This document shows positions 1 to 9,921 of a stretch of DNA of 64,000 nt, piece after piece (positions within the stretch are counted from its first letter, which is position 1; every line of letters begins with the position of its first letter). Position numbers and translations under genes: made by a program. The DNA comes from a plasmid, in the sequence record NZ_CP110908.1. One strand, 5' to 3'. Under the pieces are notes generated by a model, which worked only from the letters and a program-made list of their open reading frames with translations, was not told where the DNA came from and searched no databases.

Positions 1-220
1 CGCCCTCAACAAAGTTCTGGCCAATACCATCACGCCAGAGCGAATCACTGTCCGACTCGCCAATGGCGCGCAGTACGGCCTGTGTGTCATCAGCGGTCGG
101 GTTAAACTCCGCCCCCACTTCGCGCACATCGTCTTCACACCAGACGATGACGGCTATCTTTTCGTTGTTCTCGTACACTTTCAGTAAGTCGCAGCAGATG
201 GTGCTGACGGTTCCGTACAT
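1..220 (-). CDS. Hypothetical leading-region protein, N-terminal 73 codons (gene continues beyond window start)
   Basis: Minus-strand ORF starts at ATG 218-220 (MYGTVSTICCDLLKVYENNEKIAVIVWCEDD...) with GGGAGA SD; runs off the window edge, so it is absent from the ORF track. Confidence 0.4.
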   Translation of the reverse strand, partial: MYGTVSTICCDLLKVYENNEKIAVIVWCEDDVREVGAEFNPTADDTQAVLRAIGESDSDSLWRDGIGQNFVEG

Positions 221-285
221 AACAGTCTCCCTTAAATAAATGAATGTCGCTTACAGCGGGGCGGCATCGCCGCCCCGTCGGTTAA

Positions 286-714
286 TCAGTCGAGCGCGGC
301 ATAAATGGCGGTGCATTCAGGGTGAAACGTAATGTGATTCCAGAGCTGGGTATCACGCAGCATGTACAGGCGTGTGAGCGCGGCATTGCCGCAGTCGTGA
401 TGTGTCCAGCAACGGCGGTTAATGGCAAGCGAGGTCAGAATAATCCCGGCGGCGTCGGCGCTGACGGTACGATCAAACCAGTTTTCACCGTTGATCATGT
501 GTACCCGATCGCAGTCGGGCATCATGTACCCGCCGCCTTCCGGCAGACGGATGAAATGCCAGGTAACGCCGCTGTATTCGGGCATCCATTTTTTCGCCAG
601 GGCATACACCTGTAATTCAGCCAGCATAAAATCGGTGCCGAACATGTACGGCAGGAAAGACAGGCGGTCGGATTCTTCGACGTTAAGGGTGTGCTGACGT
701 GTAGCTAACTGCAT
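286..714 (-). CDS. klcA: Antirestriction protein, KlcA/ArdB family
   Basis: 142-aa ORF with [12 protein letters not shown]...[16 protein letters not shown]...[11 protein letters not shown] motifs typical of ArdB/KlcA. Confidence 0.8.
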   Translation of the reverse strand: MQLATRQHTLNVEESDRLSFLPYMFGTDFMLAELQVYALAKKWMPEYSGVTWHFIRLPEGGGYMMPDCDRVHMINGENWFDRTVSADAAGIILTSLAINRRCWTHHDCGNAALTRLYMLRDTQLWNHITFHPECTAIYAALD

Positions 715-753
715 GGTAAACCTCCGTAATCACATGGTCTGCGACACCGGGCG

Positions 754-977
754 GTGCCGTGCATCCAGACCAGTCGGGCGATCGGGCGTGGATACAAGGG
801 CGCAAGGGAAGCCGCAGCCTGACGCGCACGGCAGACTGGAGCTGAAGGGTGAGACCGTGAAACCTGAGCGGTCGAACGACCGGAAGATAACGGCTGACGT
901 GAAGGAAGGACCGGGTGACCGCCGCGTGCACTTTACCCTTGTATCCACGACAGCCCGACTACGATGGATGCACGGCA
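754..977. repeat. Long imperfect inverted repeat (arms ~754-800 and ~935-977) upstream of klcA; candidate single-strand promoter/ssi-type hairpin
   Basis: Arms GCCGTGCATCCAGACCAGTCGGGCG...GGATACAAGGG and CCCTTGTATCCACGACAGCCCGACT...GCACGGCAC are reverse complements; no credible CDS in 715-1130. Confidence 0.45.
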
Positions 978-1131
978 CAGCCCGCACACGGCTCCGGACT
1001 GACAGAGCGGAAAACCACCAGGCCACGTCACACCGGGACGGGGCCGCCATAAAAGCGGAGCCGGCGACATCCTTTTCAGCTTCTGAGTCACCGGCGGATA
1101 AAAGAAGGGGTTTCCCCCTTCCCTCCCTGAC

Positions 1132-1899
1132 TTAATCCCCGATGGGGTCTGTGTTGCGGACCTCGTTCAGCACATCCCGCAACACGCGACGGTCAAACCA
1201 GCGGCGGACCGGTTCCCCCGGGAAACGCAGAAGATCGGTCATCACTCCGGCCGCTTCGATTTCCTCCCGGGACTCATTCACCAGGGTGAGCAGGACCGGA
1301 CAAAACCGCGCACCCCGGACCAGTATGCCGTCCAGCACCTGATCCAGCCGTTCCCCGTCCTCACTGTCCAGCCAGTTGTCGTGCTCGTATTCGTCCGCAA
1401 CCAGTCGCCAGTCTCCGAAACGTTTTTCCATCAGCCGCGGCGCGGCAGACGGCACCAGAGCCGCCGCGATGCGCTTCGCGTCCTGACGAACAATGTCACA
1501 GATCCGGTCAATGAAATCTTTCAGGAAGGCCAGCAGGTCCCCGCATTCGGCTTTTGTCAGCCATTCCTGCGCATACGGCAGACTGATACAGGTAAAATCA
1601 GTCAGGGCTTCGGGCCGGGGATAAGACTGAGCCGGATACAGATGCAGCCGGGCGGGCGTACCTGCCAGCCGTTGCGCGCTGGCGGTCAGCAGTTTCGCCC
1701 GTCCGTCATTCAGGGCCTGGCACAACCGGGTTGTCAGCGCCAGGATCTCGTCTGCATCGAGCACGCCACTGGCGAACAGCCAGCCGGGTACGGTTTCGGG
1801 CGCGACGGGCGTCATACCAACTGAGTCGGGCCAGCCGGACCGGCGCAGCAGATTGTCACCGTGGCGCAGAATGAGGGCGTTCAGGGTATCGTTATTCAT
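1132..1899 (-). CDS. Hypothetical protein (255 aa)
   Basis: ORF 1132-2043 trimmed to ATG 1897-1899 (MNNDTLNALILRHG), which avoids overlap with the upstream gene and has a GAGAG SD. Confidence 0.55.
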   Translation of the reverse strand: MNNDTLNALILRHGDNLLRRSGWPDSVGMTPVAPETVPGWLFASGVLDADEILALTTRLCQALNDGRAKLLTASAQRLAGTPARLHLYPAQSYPRPEALTDFTCISLPYAQEWLTKAECGDLLAFLKDFIDRICDIVRQDAKRIAAALVPSAAPRLMEKRFGDWRLVADEYEHDNWLDSEDGERLDQVLDGILVRGARFCPVLLTLVNESREEIEAAGVMTDLLRFPGEPVRRWFDRRVLRDVLNEVRNTDPIGD

Positions 1900-1966
1900 G
1901 GTTATTCTCTCTGTATACTGTACGGGAAGTGTCGCCCCGTCAGAACGGGCGGGGCGGTCGGTCACA

Positions 1967-2371
1967 TCAGGCGGCCAGGAGCTGCCTGAGCCACGTAATA
2001 TCGGCCTGGGCATCAGCCACGGACGGGTAATGCTGGCTAACAAGCGGCCAGGCCCGGGCGTCCTCTGCGTCCAGCGCCAGCCCCGCGACGTCAGTCAGGC
2101 GGGCCAGCAGATCAGCGGGAACGATGACGGTCGGGATGTCGGCCCGTAATCCGGCATACATCTCCTGGACCGTGCGAAATGTAATACCCTCTTCGGTATG
2201 GCCGGTCACGCTGCCGATTTCCTGCAAAATCGCAGCGGCCTCGCTTTCCGTCATGTTTTCCACCTGGGCCATTACGTCCTGCTTCGTCCAGACCAGCAGG
2301 GCAAAGTGATCATTGTTGCCAAACATACGTTTCAGCTTTTTATTCAGTTCCTTACGGGTGCCGTACATCAT
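1967..2371 (-). CDS. Hypothetical protein, paralog A (MYGT...VPADLL family, DUF1380-like)
   Basis: 134-aa ORF; shares N-terminal MYGT and the VPADLL..L motif with the adjacent 2427-2846 ORF. Confidence 0.55.
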   Translation of the reverse strand: MMYGTRKELNKKLKRMFGNNDHFALLVWTKQDVMAQVENMTESEAAAILQEIGSVTGHTEEGITFRTVQEMYAGLRADIPTVIVPADLLARLTDVAGLALDAEDARAWPLVSQHYPSVADAQADITWLRQLLAA

Positions 2372-2426
2372 GATCTTATGTTCCTCTGAGCAGATTCAGT
2401 CCACGCCGCCGGGGCGGCGTGGGTAT

Positions 2427-2846
2427 TCAGTTTTTCAGTAAGGCGCGCACTTTCGCCGTATCAGCCAGGCGGCGGGTCACGCTGTCCGGGACCGGGTGGT
2501 TGCCGTCGCGGGCGGTCCATTCCCTGTGCCATAACGCCTGTTCGGCGGTCGTCAGCAGGGTTTCAAGCAGGTCAGCCGGCACCATCACCGCCGGAACGGC
2601 CTGTTTCACCTGATCAATCAAATCCATGACCGCACTGGCAGACACGCCCGACTCAAGCCGCTGTTCTTCCGGTATGGCGTCCAGACGCGCCAGAACGTCC
2701 TTTATGTCCTGTTCAGACACGGCACATTCCATGCCGTCGGCCAGCGCTTCGATATCCGCCGGGGACCAGACAACCAGGTTCAGCGGGGTTTCTGCGGGAT
2801 ACTGCTCACTCAGCAACCGGCAGAGGGTTTCACAGGTTCCGTACAT
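2427..2846 (-). CDS. Hypothetical protein, paralog B (MYGT...VPADLL family)
   Basis: ORF 2427-2918 trimmed to MYGTCETLCRLL; paralogous to 1967-2371. Confidence 0.55.
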   Translation of the reverse strand: MYGTCETLCRLLSEQYPAETPLNLVVWSPADIEALADGMECAVSEQDIKDVLARLDAIPEEQRLESGVSASAVMDLIDQVKQAVPAVMVPADLLETLLTTAEQALWHREWTARDGNHPVPDSVTRRLADTAKVRALLKN

Positions 2847-2856
2847 GTTTTTCTCC

Positions 2857-3078
2857 TTAGTCCTTAAAGCAGGTATCCAGCTCAAGCATTTCGTTGTACG
2901 CCGCCATAAACAGGGCATTGATGCGGAAGAGCGTCTGACGAGCCAGGCGTTCGGTCAGCACTTCGGAATCAAAGCGATAGCGGTGCTGCATGTCGTTCAG
3001 CGCGTCCCGCAGGTCACTCATGTTGTTGGCCAGTTCCGCCACGTCTGCGCGGAGTTTTTCGTGTCCGGCATAGTTCAT
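2857..3078 (-). CDS. Small hypothetical protein (73 aa)
   Basis: ORF start overlaps the methylase stop (ATGA-type coupling). Confidence 0.45.
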   Translation of the reverse strand: MNYAGHEKLRADVAELANNMSDLRDALNDMQHRYRFDSEVLTERLARQTLFRINALFMAAYNEMLELDTCFKD

Positions 3079-3758
3079 TACGCGGCCTCCGGATAAAAGA
3101 CGTCGTTGGCTGCCGGGCGCTGCATGGCGCGCTGCACGGATGACAGGCGCTCAATTCCGGCTTTGTGGTACTGCTCCATCAGCTCAATCCCGATATAACG
3201 GCGCCCTGCCTGGACGGCGGCCACACAGGTGGAGCCGGAACCGGCAAACGGATCGAGAACAATGGCGTTCGGGTGTGTGAAGCTCTCGATCAACGGTTGC
3301 AGACTGGTCACGGGTTTTTCGGTCGGATGGTGACGGTTGCCGCTGTATTTCCAGCCCAGAACATCCGGTAACGGGTCCGGCGGCAGCGCCGGACGGCCTT
3401 TCGCCAGGATATAGGCGCATTCATGGCGGTAGCCGACATAGGCCGATTTCGACGAGTAGGTTTTGGTGAAAACCAGATGCCCGACCACGCTGAACCCGGC
3501 GCTTTTCCATGCGGCCATGAAGCGATCGACGCGGTTCCAGCCGTAGAAGCTCACCATCAGCGCGTCTTTTTTGAGGACGCGATACATCTCATTGCAGGCT
3601 GGTTGGAGCCATTCATCGGTTTTGTCACCGGCAATACTGCGGCCGGAACGGTCACGGAACCCGACCAGATACGGGGGATCGGTGAGAATGAAATCAACGG
3701 CACGCTCCGGAAAGCCGGACATAATATCGACGCAGTTACCCAGGATAAAACGGGACAT
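3078..3758 (-). CDS. Orphan site-specific DNA methyltransferase (N6-adenine/N4-cytosine, DPPY motif)
   Basis: 226 aa with ILTDPPYLVGF catalytic motif and FAGSGSTCVAA AdoMet motif; no restriction partner gene adjacent. Confidence 0.85.
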   Translation of the reverse strand: MSRFILGNCVDIMSGFPERAVDFILTDPPYLVGFRDRSGRSIAGDKTDEWLQPACNEMYRVLKKDALMVSFYGWNRVDRFMAAWKSAGFSVVGHLVFTKTYSSKSAYVGYRHECAYILAKGRPALPPDPLPDVLGWKYSGNRHHPTEKPVTSLQPLIESFTHPNAIVLDPFAGSGSTCVAAVQAGRRYIGIELMEQYHKAGIERLSSVQRAMQRPAANDVFYPEAA

Positions 3759-3784
3759 AGGGACACCTCGTGGTTACAGGGGGC

Positions 3785-4028
3785 ACCCAGGAGGACGTCG
3801 GTACGACGTCCGTTCCCTGCTGCCCGGAGCCTGTACGCCGCGACCGGTAACGGGTCAAGCTGACCGTGGAATAACGAGCCGACAGTCCCCATCATCGGCG
3901 AGCTTATGCCGCGAAAGCAGCTTGAAGGGCGCTCCTTAAAGTGCGAGTGGATGGCGTAAAATCACAGCGACGCCGGACAGGAGCGGAAACGCCGCCCGTC
4001 CCGTGTCCGTCCGGGCGCGGCACACTGG
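3785..4028. repeat. Leading-region structured element, copy 1 (Frpo/ssi-like candidate), immediately 5' of the methylase gene
   Basis: About 80 percent identical to 5475-5719; internal hairpins such as GCCGACAGTCCCCATCATCGGC; only short ORFs that break up. Confidence 0.5.
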
Positions 4029-4134
4029 CTCCGGGCAGTGGATATCCCCGCGCCCCGCGCGGCATGGATGCGGAGCAGCGCGACATCATTATTCCGGCCT
4101 GAAGTACCGGGCAGTCGGCCTGCCCGGTCTTCCG

Positions 4135-4483
4135 TCAGCGGGTAATATCCCGCCAGTCGTTCCCCCACTCATCGTGCAGTCGCGGCATATCCGTTGAGCC
4201 GGTCACTGTCCACGCATCGAGGAACTTCAGCCCGCGCAGGATACTGTTTTCCACGTCATCGAGCAGAATAATGCTGTTAAACCAGACCACGCCTTCGGGG
4301 AACTCCCAGCGATGCCGGTCATCCTCGCGTCTCAGCGATGGCCACCAGGTGCGCCCCATTTCCAGAATGCCCGCTTCAGCCTGCGCCAGGTCACTCGCGG
4401 AAACCAGGTAATACACCATCATTTCAGTGCCACCGATGTCGACGCTCAGGCCAACAAGCCAGGTATTCAGATTTAATTCCATG
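4135..4483 (-). CDS. Hypothetical protein (116 aa)
   Basis: ORF 4135-4551 trimmed to MELNLNTWL to avoid overlap with the upstream gene; start uncertain. Confidence 0.4.
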
Positions 4484-4514
4484 TTATTCCGGGCGGTTTC
4501 CCGCCCGCCTCCGG

Positions 4515-5450
4515 TCAGCCGCCAAAATGCGCCACGTTGTTGATAATCCACTCCGGGCCGATCACATCAGGGAAGCTGTCCTCATCGTCCGGGTCAGCCT
4601 CGCCCCATTCCAGCTCGTCAGTGATGTACACGTCCGTTTCGCCGCTGACGTACCGGGCATAACCGCAGTAATTGCAGCCCTGCTCCGCAAACCAATGCTC
4701 CACTTCACCGCCATATCGCTGACTGAGTTCAGCCACAACGACCTCGCCAACCGGACTCCAGGGGGTGTCAAAATCCACCGTCAGCGTGTTCTCTCCGGCG
4801 AAACAGATATTTGACTCATAACCGACCGGCCACTTGCAACCGTACCGGGTCAGATAGTGGTCATATGACGACGGGACACCCGTCAGCAGGCCACCGTTGA
4901 AGCCGTTCACTTCAATATCCAGGCGCGTCGGCAGGACATCACGCAAATCCACTGGCTCTGCGGCAAACAAATCATCACCAGCATCGCACAGGCTGTTCCA
5001 CCATTCCTCCACCGGCGCAGGCCGGAAACTGTTTCCCCAGTCAAAAGATTTTTGCTGGTACAGCTGCCGGATGACTACCTGTTCCGGTTCACTGAGGGTA
5101 GCCCAGCGGGCATGCCCGATATGGCTGTCCAGCCAGCACTGATGCAGCGTCTGGCAGGTTTCCACATCCAGCACAGCTCCGGCCATAAACATCGCCAGCC
5201 AGTCGCTGTATGCCTGGGCTGAAGCCCGGTTGTCTGCGGCCATCCCGTGAGCAACCAGTTGCGGGTATGGCGTGTAACACAGTTCTGTCAGGGGGCGCAG
5301 TATCCCCGCACAGCCTGCCAGGAAAAGCTGAATACCGTCTTTTCTGGCGCGGCGATGCAGGGACAGCCCGCCTCCGGCAATCCACGTTTTGAGGGCATCA
5401 CTGTTTTGAATACCACTGAACATCAGTCGGTTGGCACACCAGTTCGGCAT
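4515..5450 (-). CDS. DUF1281-family protein (MPNWC N-terminus)
   Basis: 311 aa beginning MPNWCANRL, the characteristic start of DUF1281 plasmid proteins. Confidence 0.65.
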   Translation of the reverse strand: MPNWCANRLMFSGIQNSDALKTWIAGGGLSLHRRARKDGIQLFLAGCAGILRPLTELCYTPYPQLVAHGMAADNRASAQAYSDWLAMFMAGAVLDVETCQTLHQCWLDSHIGHARWATLSEPEQVVIRQLYQQKSFDWGNSFRPAPVEEWWNSLCDAGDDLFAAEPVDLRDVLPTRLDIEVNGFNGGLLTGVPSSYDHYLTRYGCKWPVGYESNICFAGENTLTVDFDTPWSPVGEVVVAELSQRYGGEVEHWFAEQGCNYCGYARYVSGETDVYITDELEWGEADPDDEDSFPDVIGPEWIINNVAHFGG

Positions 5451-5474
5451 GGGAAGCTCCTTACACAGTCAGGG

Positions 5475-5719
5475 TGGGCAGGAGGCATCACCGCGATACC
5501 GTTCCCTGCCGCACGCTGCCTGTTCGTCGCGTCCGGTAACGGGTCAACGCCGACCGTGGAATAACGAGCCGACAATTCTCATCGTCGGCGAGCTTATGCC
5601 GCGAAAGCGGCTTGAAGGGCGCGCCTTAAACTGGCGAGGGTATGGCGTAAAATCACAACGACGCCGGGCCTGAGCGATAAAGACGCCCGTCCCGTGACAG
5701 GCCGGACGCGGCACACTGG
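5475..5719. repeat. Leading-region structured element, copy 2 (Frpo/ssi-like candidate), immediately 5' of the DUF1281 gene
   Basis: Collinear homology with 3785-4028 (CCGTTCCCTG...CCGGTAACGGGTCAA...GACCGTGGAATAACGAGCCGACA...GGCGAGCTTATGCCGCGAAAGC...GGCGTAAAATCAC...GGCACACTGG). Confidence 0.5.
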
Positions 5720-5955
5720 CAGCGGGTGGCAGTCAGCAACAGGCGGGCAGGAATGGCCGTGGTGATCAGAGGATTTATGGGAAGGGAAAACACCAGAGAG
5801 GGAGCAGATGACATACCAACAGTTCTGCGCCGGTCCTCCACAGGGTTATTAACCGATTCTGTGGATAACCTGACATCTGTTTTTCCAGGCAGAACAGTTA
5901 CCTGACGGGAAACAGCAAAATTTCACTTGCAGGACAGGAAATATCTTAAATAATA

Positions 5956-5971
5956 CTGTATATGCAAACAG
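5956..5971 (+). promoter_or_regulatory. LexA (SOS) box upstream of umuDC
   Basis: CTGTATATGCAAACAG matches CTGT-N8-ACAG, 20 bp upstream of the umuD start. Confidence 0.7.
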
Positions 5972-5990
5972 GTGTTTTAAGAGGTATGCC

Positions 5991-6413
5991 ATGTTACTTT
6001 TTGTCGCCCCCGAACAGGAGCCGGTGCAGTCCACTGCCCCGCTGTTCACCGAACGTTGCCCGGCGGGTTTTCCGTCGCCGGCCGCCGATTACACCGAAGA
6101 AGAGCTGGACCTGAACACTTACTGTATCCGGCGTCCGGCTGCAACGTTCTTCGTCAGGGCTATCGGGGATTCGATGCGGGATATGGGTCTGCATTCCGGC
6201 GATTTAATGGTGGTCGACAAAGCAGAGAAACCCATGCAGGGGGATATCGTTATCGCGGAAACAAACGGCGAATTCACGGTTAAACGCCTGCAGCTGAAGC
6301 CCCGCATTGCCCTGCTGCCGATGAACCCGGCCTACCCCACGCTCTATCCGGAAGAACTGCAGATTTTTGGGGTGGTGACGGCTTTTATACACAAAACCCG
6401 GAGCACAGACTGA
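5991..6413 (+). CDS. umuD: Translesion DNA polymerase V accessory subunit (UmuD/MucA family)
   Basis: 140 aa; S24 peptidase signature GDSM...K; FPSPAADY region aligns to UmuD. Confidence 0.9.
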   Translation: MLLFVAPEQEPVQSTAPLFTERCPAGFPSPAADYTEEELDLNTYCIRRPAATFFVRAIGDSMRDMGLHSGDLMVVDKAEKPMQGDIVIAETNGEFTVKRLQLKPRIALLPMNPAYPTLYPEELQIFGVVTAFIHKTRSTD

Positions 6414-7687
6414 TGTTTGCGCTCGCGGACGTGAATTCGTTCTATGCCAGCTGCGAAAAGGTCTTTCGCCCTGATCTGCGGAATAAACCCGTTGTCGTTC
6501 TCTCAAATAATGATGGCTGCGTCATTGCGAGAAGCCCTGAAGCGAAGCGGCTGGGCATAAAAATGGGGGTACCGTGGTTTCAGCTGAAGTTGGTGAAATT
6601 TCCGGAGCCGGTCATCGCGTTCTCCAGTAATTACGCGTTGTATGCGAGTCTCAGCAACAGAGTGATGATCCATTTAGAGGAAATGGCGCCACGGGTGGAG
6701 CAGTATTCCATTGATGAGATGTTTCTGGACATTCGCGGCATAGACCGCTGCATTAATTTTGAGGACTTCGGCCGGCAGCTGCGTGAGCACGTCCGGAACG
6801 GAACCGGCCTGACTATCGGCGTGGGTATGGGGCCAACTAAAACGCTGGCGAAGTCAGCTCAATGGGCCTCCAAAGAATGGTCGCAGTTTGGTGGCGTTCT
6901 GGCGTTAACGCCGGGAAATCCCCGCCGCACGGAAAAACTGCTCTCACTGCAGCCGGTGGAGGAAATCTGGGGGGTTGGCCGGAGAATTTCGAAAAAGCTG
7001 AACACAATGGGAGTCACCACGGCACTGCAGCTGGCGCGCGCGAACCCTGTATTTATCAGGAAGAATTTCAGCGTTGTGCTGGAGAGAACCGTCCGGGAAC
7101 TCAACGGAGAAAGCTGTATTTCGCTGGAAGAAGCGCCTCCGCCGAAACAGCAGATTGTCTGCAGCCGATCCTTTGGGGAGCGTGTTACGACGTATGAAGC
7201 CATGCGCCAGGCAGTTTGTCAGTACGCTGAGCGTGCAGCTGAAAAGCTGCGCGGCGAGCGTCAGTTCTGCAGGCATATTGCCGTGTTTGTGAAAACATCG
7301 CCATTCGCCGTAAATGAGCCCTACTACGGTAATCTGGCCAGTGAAAAACTGCTCATCCCCACGCAGGATACACGGGACATCATTGCCGCTGCCGTCAGAG
7401 CTCTGGACAGGATCTGGGTGGATGGTCACCGTTACGCAAAGGCAGGCTGTATGCTGAACGATTTCATGCCAACTGGGGTATCGCAGCTGAATTTGTTTGA
7501 TGAAGTACAGCCGTGGGAACGGAGCGAGCAGTTGATGCAAGTTCTGGATAGTATTAACCATTCCGGTCTGGGGAAAGTGTGGTTTGCGGGACGGGGCATT
7601 GCTCCTGAGTGGCAAATGAAACGAGAAATGCTTTCCCCTGCGTACACAACGCGCTGGAATGATCTCCCGGTGGCAATGATAAGATGA
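6413..7687 (+). CDS. umuC: Y-family DNA polymerase V catalytic subunit (UmuC/MucB family)
   Basis: 424 aa starting [41 protein letters not shown]; start overlaps the umuD stop. Confidence 0.9.
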   Translation: MFALADVNSFYASCEKVFRPDLRNKPVVVLSNNDGCVIARSPEAKRLGIKMGVPWFQLKLVKFPEPVIAFSSNYALYASLSNRVMIHLEEMAPRVEQYSIDEMFLDIRGIDRCINFEDFGRQLREHVRNGTGLTIGVGMGPTKTLAKSAQWASKEWSQFGGVLALTPGNPRRTEKLLSLQPVEEIWGVGRRISKKLNTMGVTTALQLARANPVFIRKNFSVVLERTVRELNGESCISLEEAPPPKQQIVCSRSFGERVTTYEAMRQAVCQYAERAAEKLRGERQFCRHIAVFVKTSPFAVNEPYYGNLASEKLLIPTQDTRDIIAAAVRALDRIWVDGHRYAKAGCMLNDFMPTGVSQLNLFDEVQPWERSEQLMQVLDSINHSGLGKVWFAGRGIAPEWQMKREMLSPAYTTRWNDLPVAMIR

Positions 7688-7699
7688 TCTGCCACCGAA

Positions 7700-7719
7700 A
7701 GATTTCGCATGCGAAATCT
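7700..7719. promoter_or_regulatory. 20-bp perfect palindrome AGATTTCGCATGCGAAATCT, copy 1
   Basis: Exact palindrome in the umuC/RES-gene intergenic region. Confidence 0.8.
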
Positions 7720-7735
7720 AGGTTGTATCAACCCG

Positions 7736-9118
7736 TCAGAAATCGTCATCTGAATAGCCAGATTTCGCATGCGAAATCTCTGCTTCAGCGGCAGACAAAC
7801 TTATCTCTTTATGGCCTACCGGGGTTACTAACGATGTATACTTAACGCCCCTGATTTCATGGATCTCAATACTGCCCAACTTCAGTTCAAGTACGTCTTG
7901 CTGAGGTTTGTTTCGGGAGAGAACGGTAAACTCTCGTCTGAAATCACGATTGGTCGTTGTCATCTGAGGGTCAAACTCAGCGTAGTCATCGTCTTCTCTA
8001 TACATTGAAACTTGCGCTTCCAGTCGTCTGAGTTTGGCGTTTTTAACTGCCGATGACTTATGAAACAAGATCACATTACACGCGTTTTCCTCCCCTTGGC
8101 CAGAAGGCATTTGAGCAGACGAAAACTTGATTCCATCCAGTGAATATTTGTCCGTGATAGACAGATAATCAGCAATAGCTTGCGTAAGCAGATAGTTCGA
8201 TTCAGCGAGCTCAGGCACAACCGGCATAACTAGTTTGCGTGATAGTGTTGCTATGAAACGGCTACGCTCATATCTGACCAGATATTCAGGATCAAAACGG
8301 CTTACACCGTTTACAGCCACTCTGCCGAGTACCGTCAAATCGAGGAGACGTACAGGACGCAGTACCCGAAATTCAGAAACTACTACGAAACTACCGACCG
8401 GAGGACGGACTTCCGAAACGGCATTAGTTTTGGATGTTGCTCCATAAAATACAGATATTCCTTTCGCGTTCATCCGACCATAAGGTGCTAAATCGGAAGG
8501 AGGGGGGCCAAGCCTTGATTCTGGCATGTGCAACGCAGACTTAATGTCATCCTCGGACTTAAAAATCCGTCCACGATAAAGAGGCGTATCTGGAGTGAAA
8601 TCGGTAAAGGCTGAAGGGTGATTATCAAAGAGATAACCGAACACTTCATCAAACGTTTCAAGGGCATCATGATTGAAAAAACGATTACTTTCACGAAGCT
8701 TCTTTTCCATTAAAGCCCATTTGTTGGAAAGCTTAGAAGAAATTGATATTGCTGAGATGAAGAGTGGATCTTCACCATATTTATGTTCTTCAGTTCCCCG
8801 TTCGAACCAGCAATCCAACAGTATTTTTGAAAGGTCTTTAATCACATCGATGTTGGATGAAACCTCTTGTTCAAGAATCTCGATAAGAGGAGAACCTTCC
8901 TGAACACCATACTCATGGTCTACTTCGCCAGGAGAATAATATTTTTCTATCAGCCAGTCAGTTTTATTTCCCAATGCATGCATAGACATGGTTCGGTCTT
9001 CATTACCACAGTAGTCGCATGGTCTGTAAGAATCCGGGTCATTAATGATCATGTGAAAGAGAACCGGGTCATTCTTCAAACAGTGACTGCAAACTCTCTT
9101 GTAATTCTCGTCAAGCAT
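7736..9118 (-). CDS. Large HEPN/RES-NTD-like plus RES-domain protein (460 aa), possible NAD-targeting toxin-type effector
   Basis: ORF 7736-9157 trimmed to ATG 9116-9118 (MLDENYKRVCSHC, CAGGAG SD); N-terminal CxxC...CxxC; central PYGRMNAKGISVFYGATSKTNAVSEV resembles RES (Arg-Glu-Ser) domains. Confidence 0.55.
   Translation of the reverse strand: MLDENYKRVCSHCLKNDPVLFHMIINDPDSYRPCDYCGNEDRTMSMHALGNKTDWLIEKYYSPGEVDHEYGVQEGSPLIEILEQEVSSNIDVIKDLSKILLDCWFERGTEEHKYGEDPLFISAISISSKLSNKWALMEKKLRESNRFFNHDALETFDEVFGYLFDNHPSAFTDFTPDTPLYRGRIFKSEDDIKSALHMPESRLGPPPSDLAPYGRMNAKGISVFYGATSKTNAVSEVRPPVGSFVVVSEFRVLRPVRLLDLTVLGRVAVNGVSRFDPEYLVRYERSRFIATLSRKLVMPVVPELAESNYLLTQAIADYLSITDKYSLDGIKFSSAQMPSGQGEENACNVILFHKSSAVKNAKLRRLEAQVSMYREDDDYAEFDPQMTTTNRDFRREFTVLSRNKPQQDVLELKLGSIEIHEIRGVKYTSLVTPVGHKEISLSAAEAEISHAKSGYSDDDF
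7760..7779. promoter_or_regulatory. 20-bp palindrome, copy 2 (inside the 3' end of the RES-domain gene)
   Basis: Exact AGATTTCGCATGCGAAATCT; encodes EISHAKS in frame. Confidence 0.8.
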
Positions 9119-9134
9119 CGTGATGCTCCTGTAA

Positions 9135-9154
9135 AAATTTCGCATGCGAAATCT
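9135..9154. promoter_or_regulatory. Palindrome copy 3 (AAATTTCGCATGCGAAATCT, one arm mismatch), 17-36 bp upstream of the RES-gene start
   Basis: Operator-like position. Confidence 0.7.
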
Positions 9155-9160
9155 CAATAT

Positions 9161-9484
9161 CTAATTTCGCCGATAGAGTTCTTTAACGCTTGCAGATAGC
9201 TGGTAGTGCTGTTTTGCCCACCGCCCGTAGTTATTAACGGACTCATACTGACGCTCGGCAGCACCATCACGGTAATACTGTATATGGATAATCCCATGTA
9301 GCTGCAGATAGCTGGCTACCGTTGTTACATTATTGCGAATGAAGCGCGTGTGGCTCTGGAACACATCAAGATCAACTCCGTCCTGTCCTTCATCAAGCGC
9401 ATCAAGAATAAAAGCGATTAATGCAGAAGCGATAGAACGTCTGCCAGAGCCTGCGATACAAGCATCAAGCTCTTGAAAGGTCAT
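9161..9484 (-). CDS. Hypothetical protein (107 aa), last gene of the par operon
   Basis: 4-bp overlap with the upstream ORF. Confidence 0.5.
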   Translation of the reverse strand: MTFQELDACIAGSGRRSIASALIAFILDALDEGQDGVDLDVFQSHTRFIRNNVTTVASYLQLHGIIHIQYYRDGAAERQYESVNNYGRWAKQHYQLSASVKELYRRN

Positions 9485-9921
9485 GTGGATTTCCTGTTGT
9501 AACGGTAGCTGGCATCCTCTTCAATTGCCGCCACGAACCATCCGGTAGCCGTTTGCCTGTCTATGCTATCAGGCAAGGAAGCGACTAACTGCTCAAGTGG
9601 AAGTGTACGATTAGCTCTGAATATCAGCGCCGACATACCACACCAGTCCTGGTTACTTTCTGGCTTCCAGCCGATGCTGAGCATCAATGTTAACGCTGTC
9701 TGAGCTGCCCACAACGGAGTTTCAGCCGGGTTAGAGGACCATGAAAGTAACGCCGCGCCGGGTACGGGCCTGCTTCTTGTAACATATCCCAGATTGATAG
9801 CCGCTTCTGTTAATGCGGCAGCTGCTTCGGATTGAGTTCCGGGATATCGAAGCGCCCAGAGGCGGACAATTTGGCCACGGAATGCCATGGCCATTTCGGT
9901 GAACGGGGTTGATTTCATCAC
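9481..9921 (-). CDS. Hypothetical protein (146 aa), par operon
   Basis: 4-bp overlaps with both neighbours. Confidence 0.5.
   Translation of the reverse strand: MMKSTPFTEMAMAFRGQIVRLWALRYPGTQSEAAAALTEAAINLGYVTRSRPVPGAALLSWSSNPAETPLWAAQTALTLMLSIGWKPESNQDWCGMSALIFRANRTLPLEQLVASLPDSIDRQTATGWFVAAIEEDASYRYNRKST

Noticed and set aside
1967-2371. Possible PsiB (SOS inhibition) identity for this leading-region ORF
   Set aside because: The sequence does not resemble PsiB as recalled. It is paralogous to the neighbouring 2427-2846 ORF, so it was left as hypothetical.
6944-7615. 223-aa minus-strand ORF
   Set aside because: Antisense to umuC.
9119-9157. ORF-track start MRFRMRNF for the RES-domain gene
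   Set aside because: The track's start here is a TTG codon inside the palindrome. The downstream ATG (9116-9118) with a CAGGAG SD was preferred. The palindrome is more likely an operator than coding.
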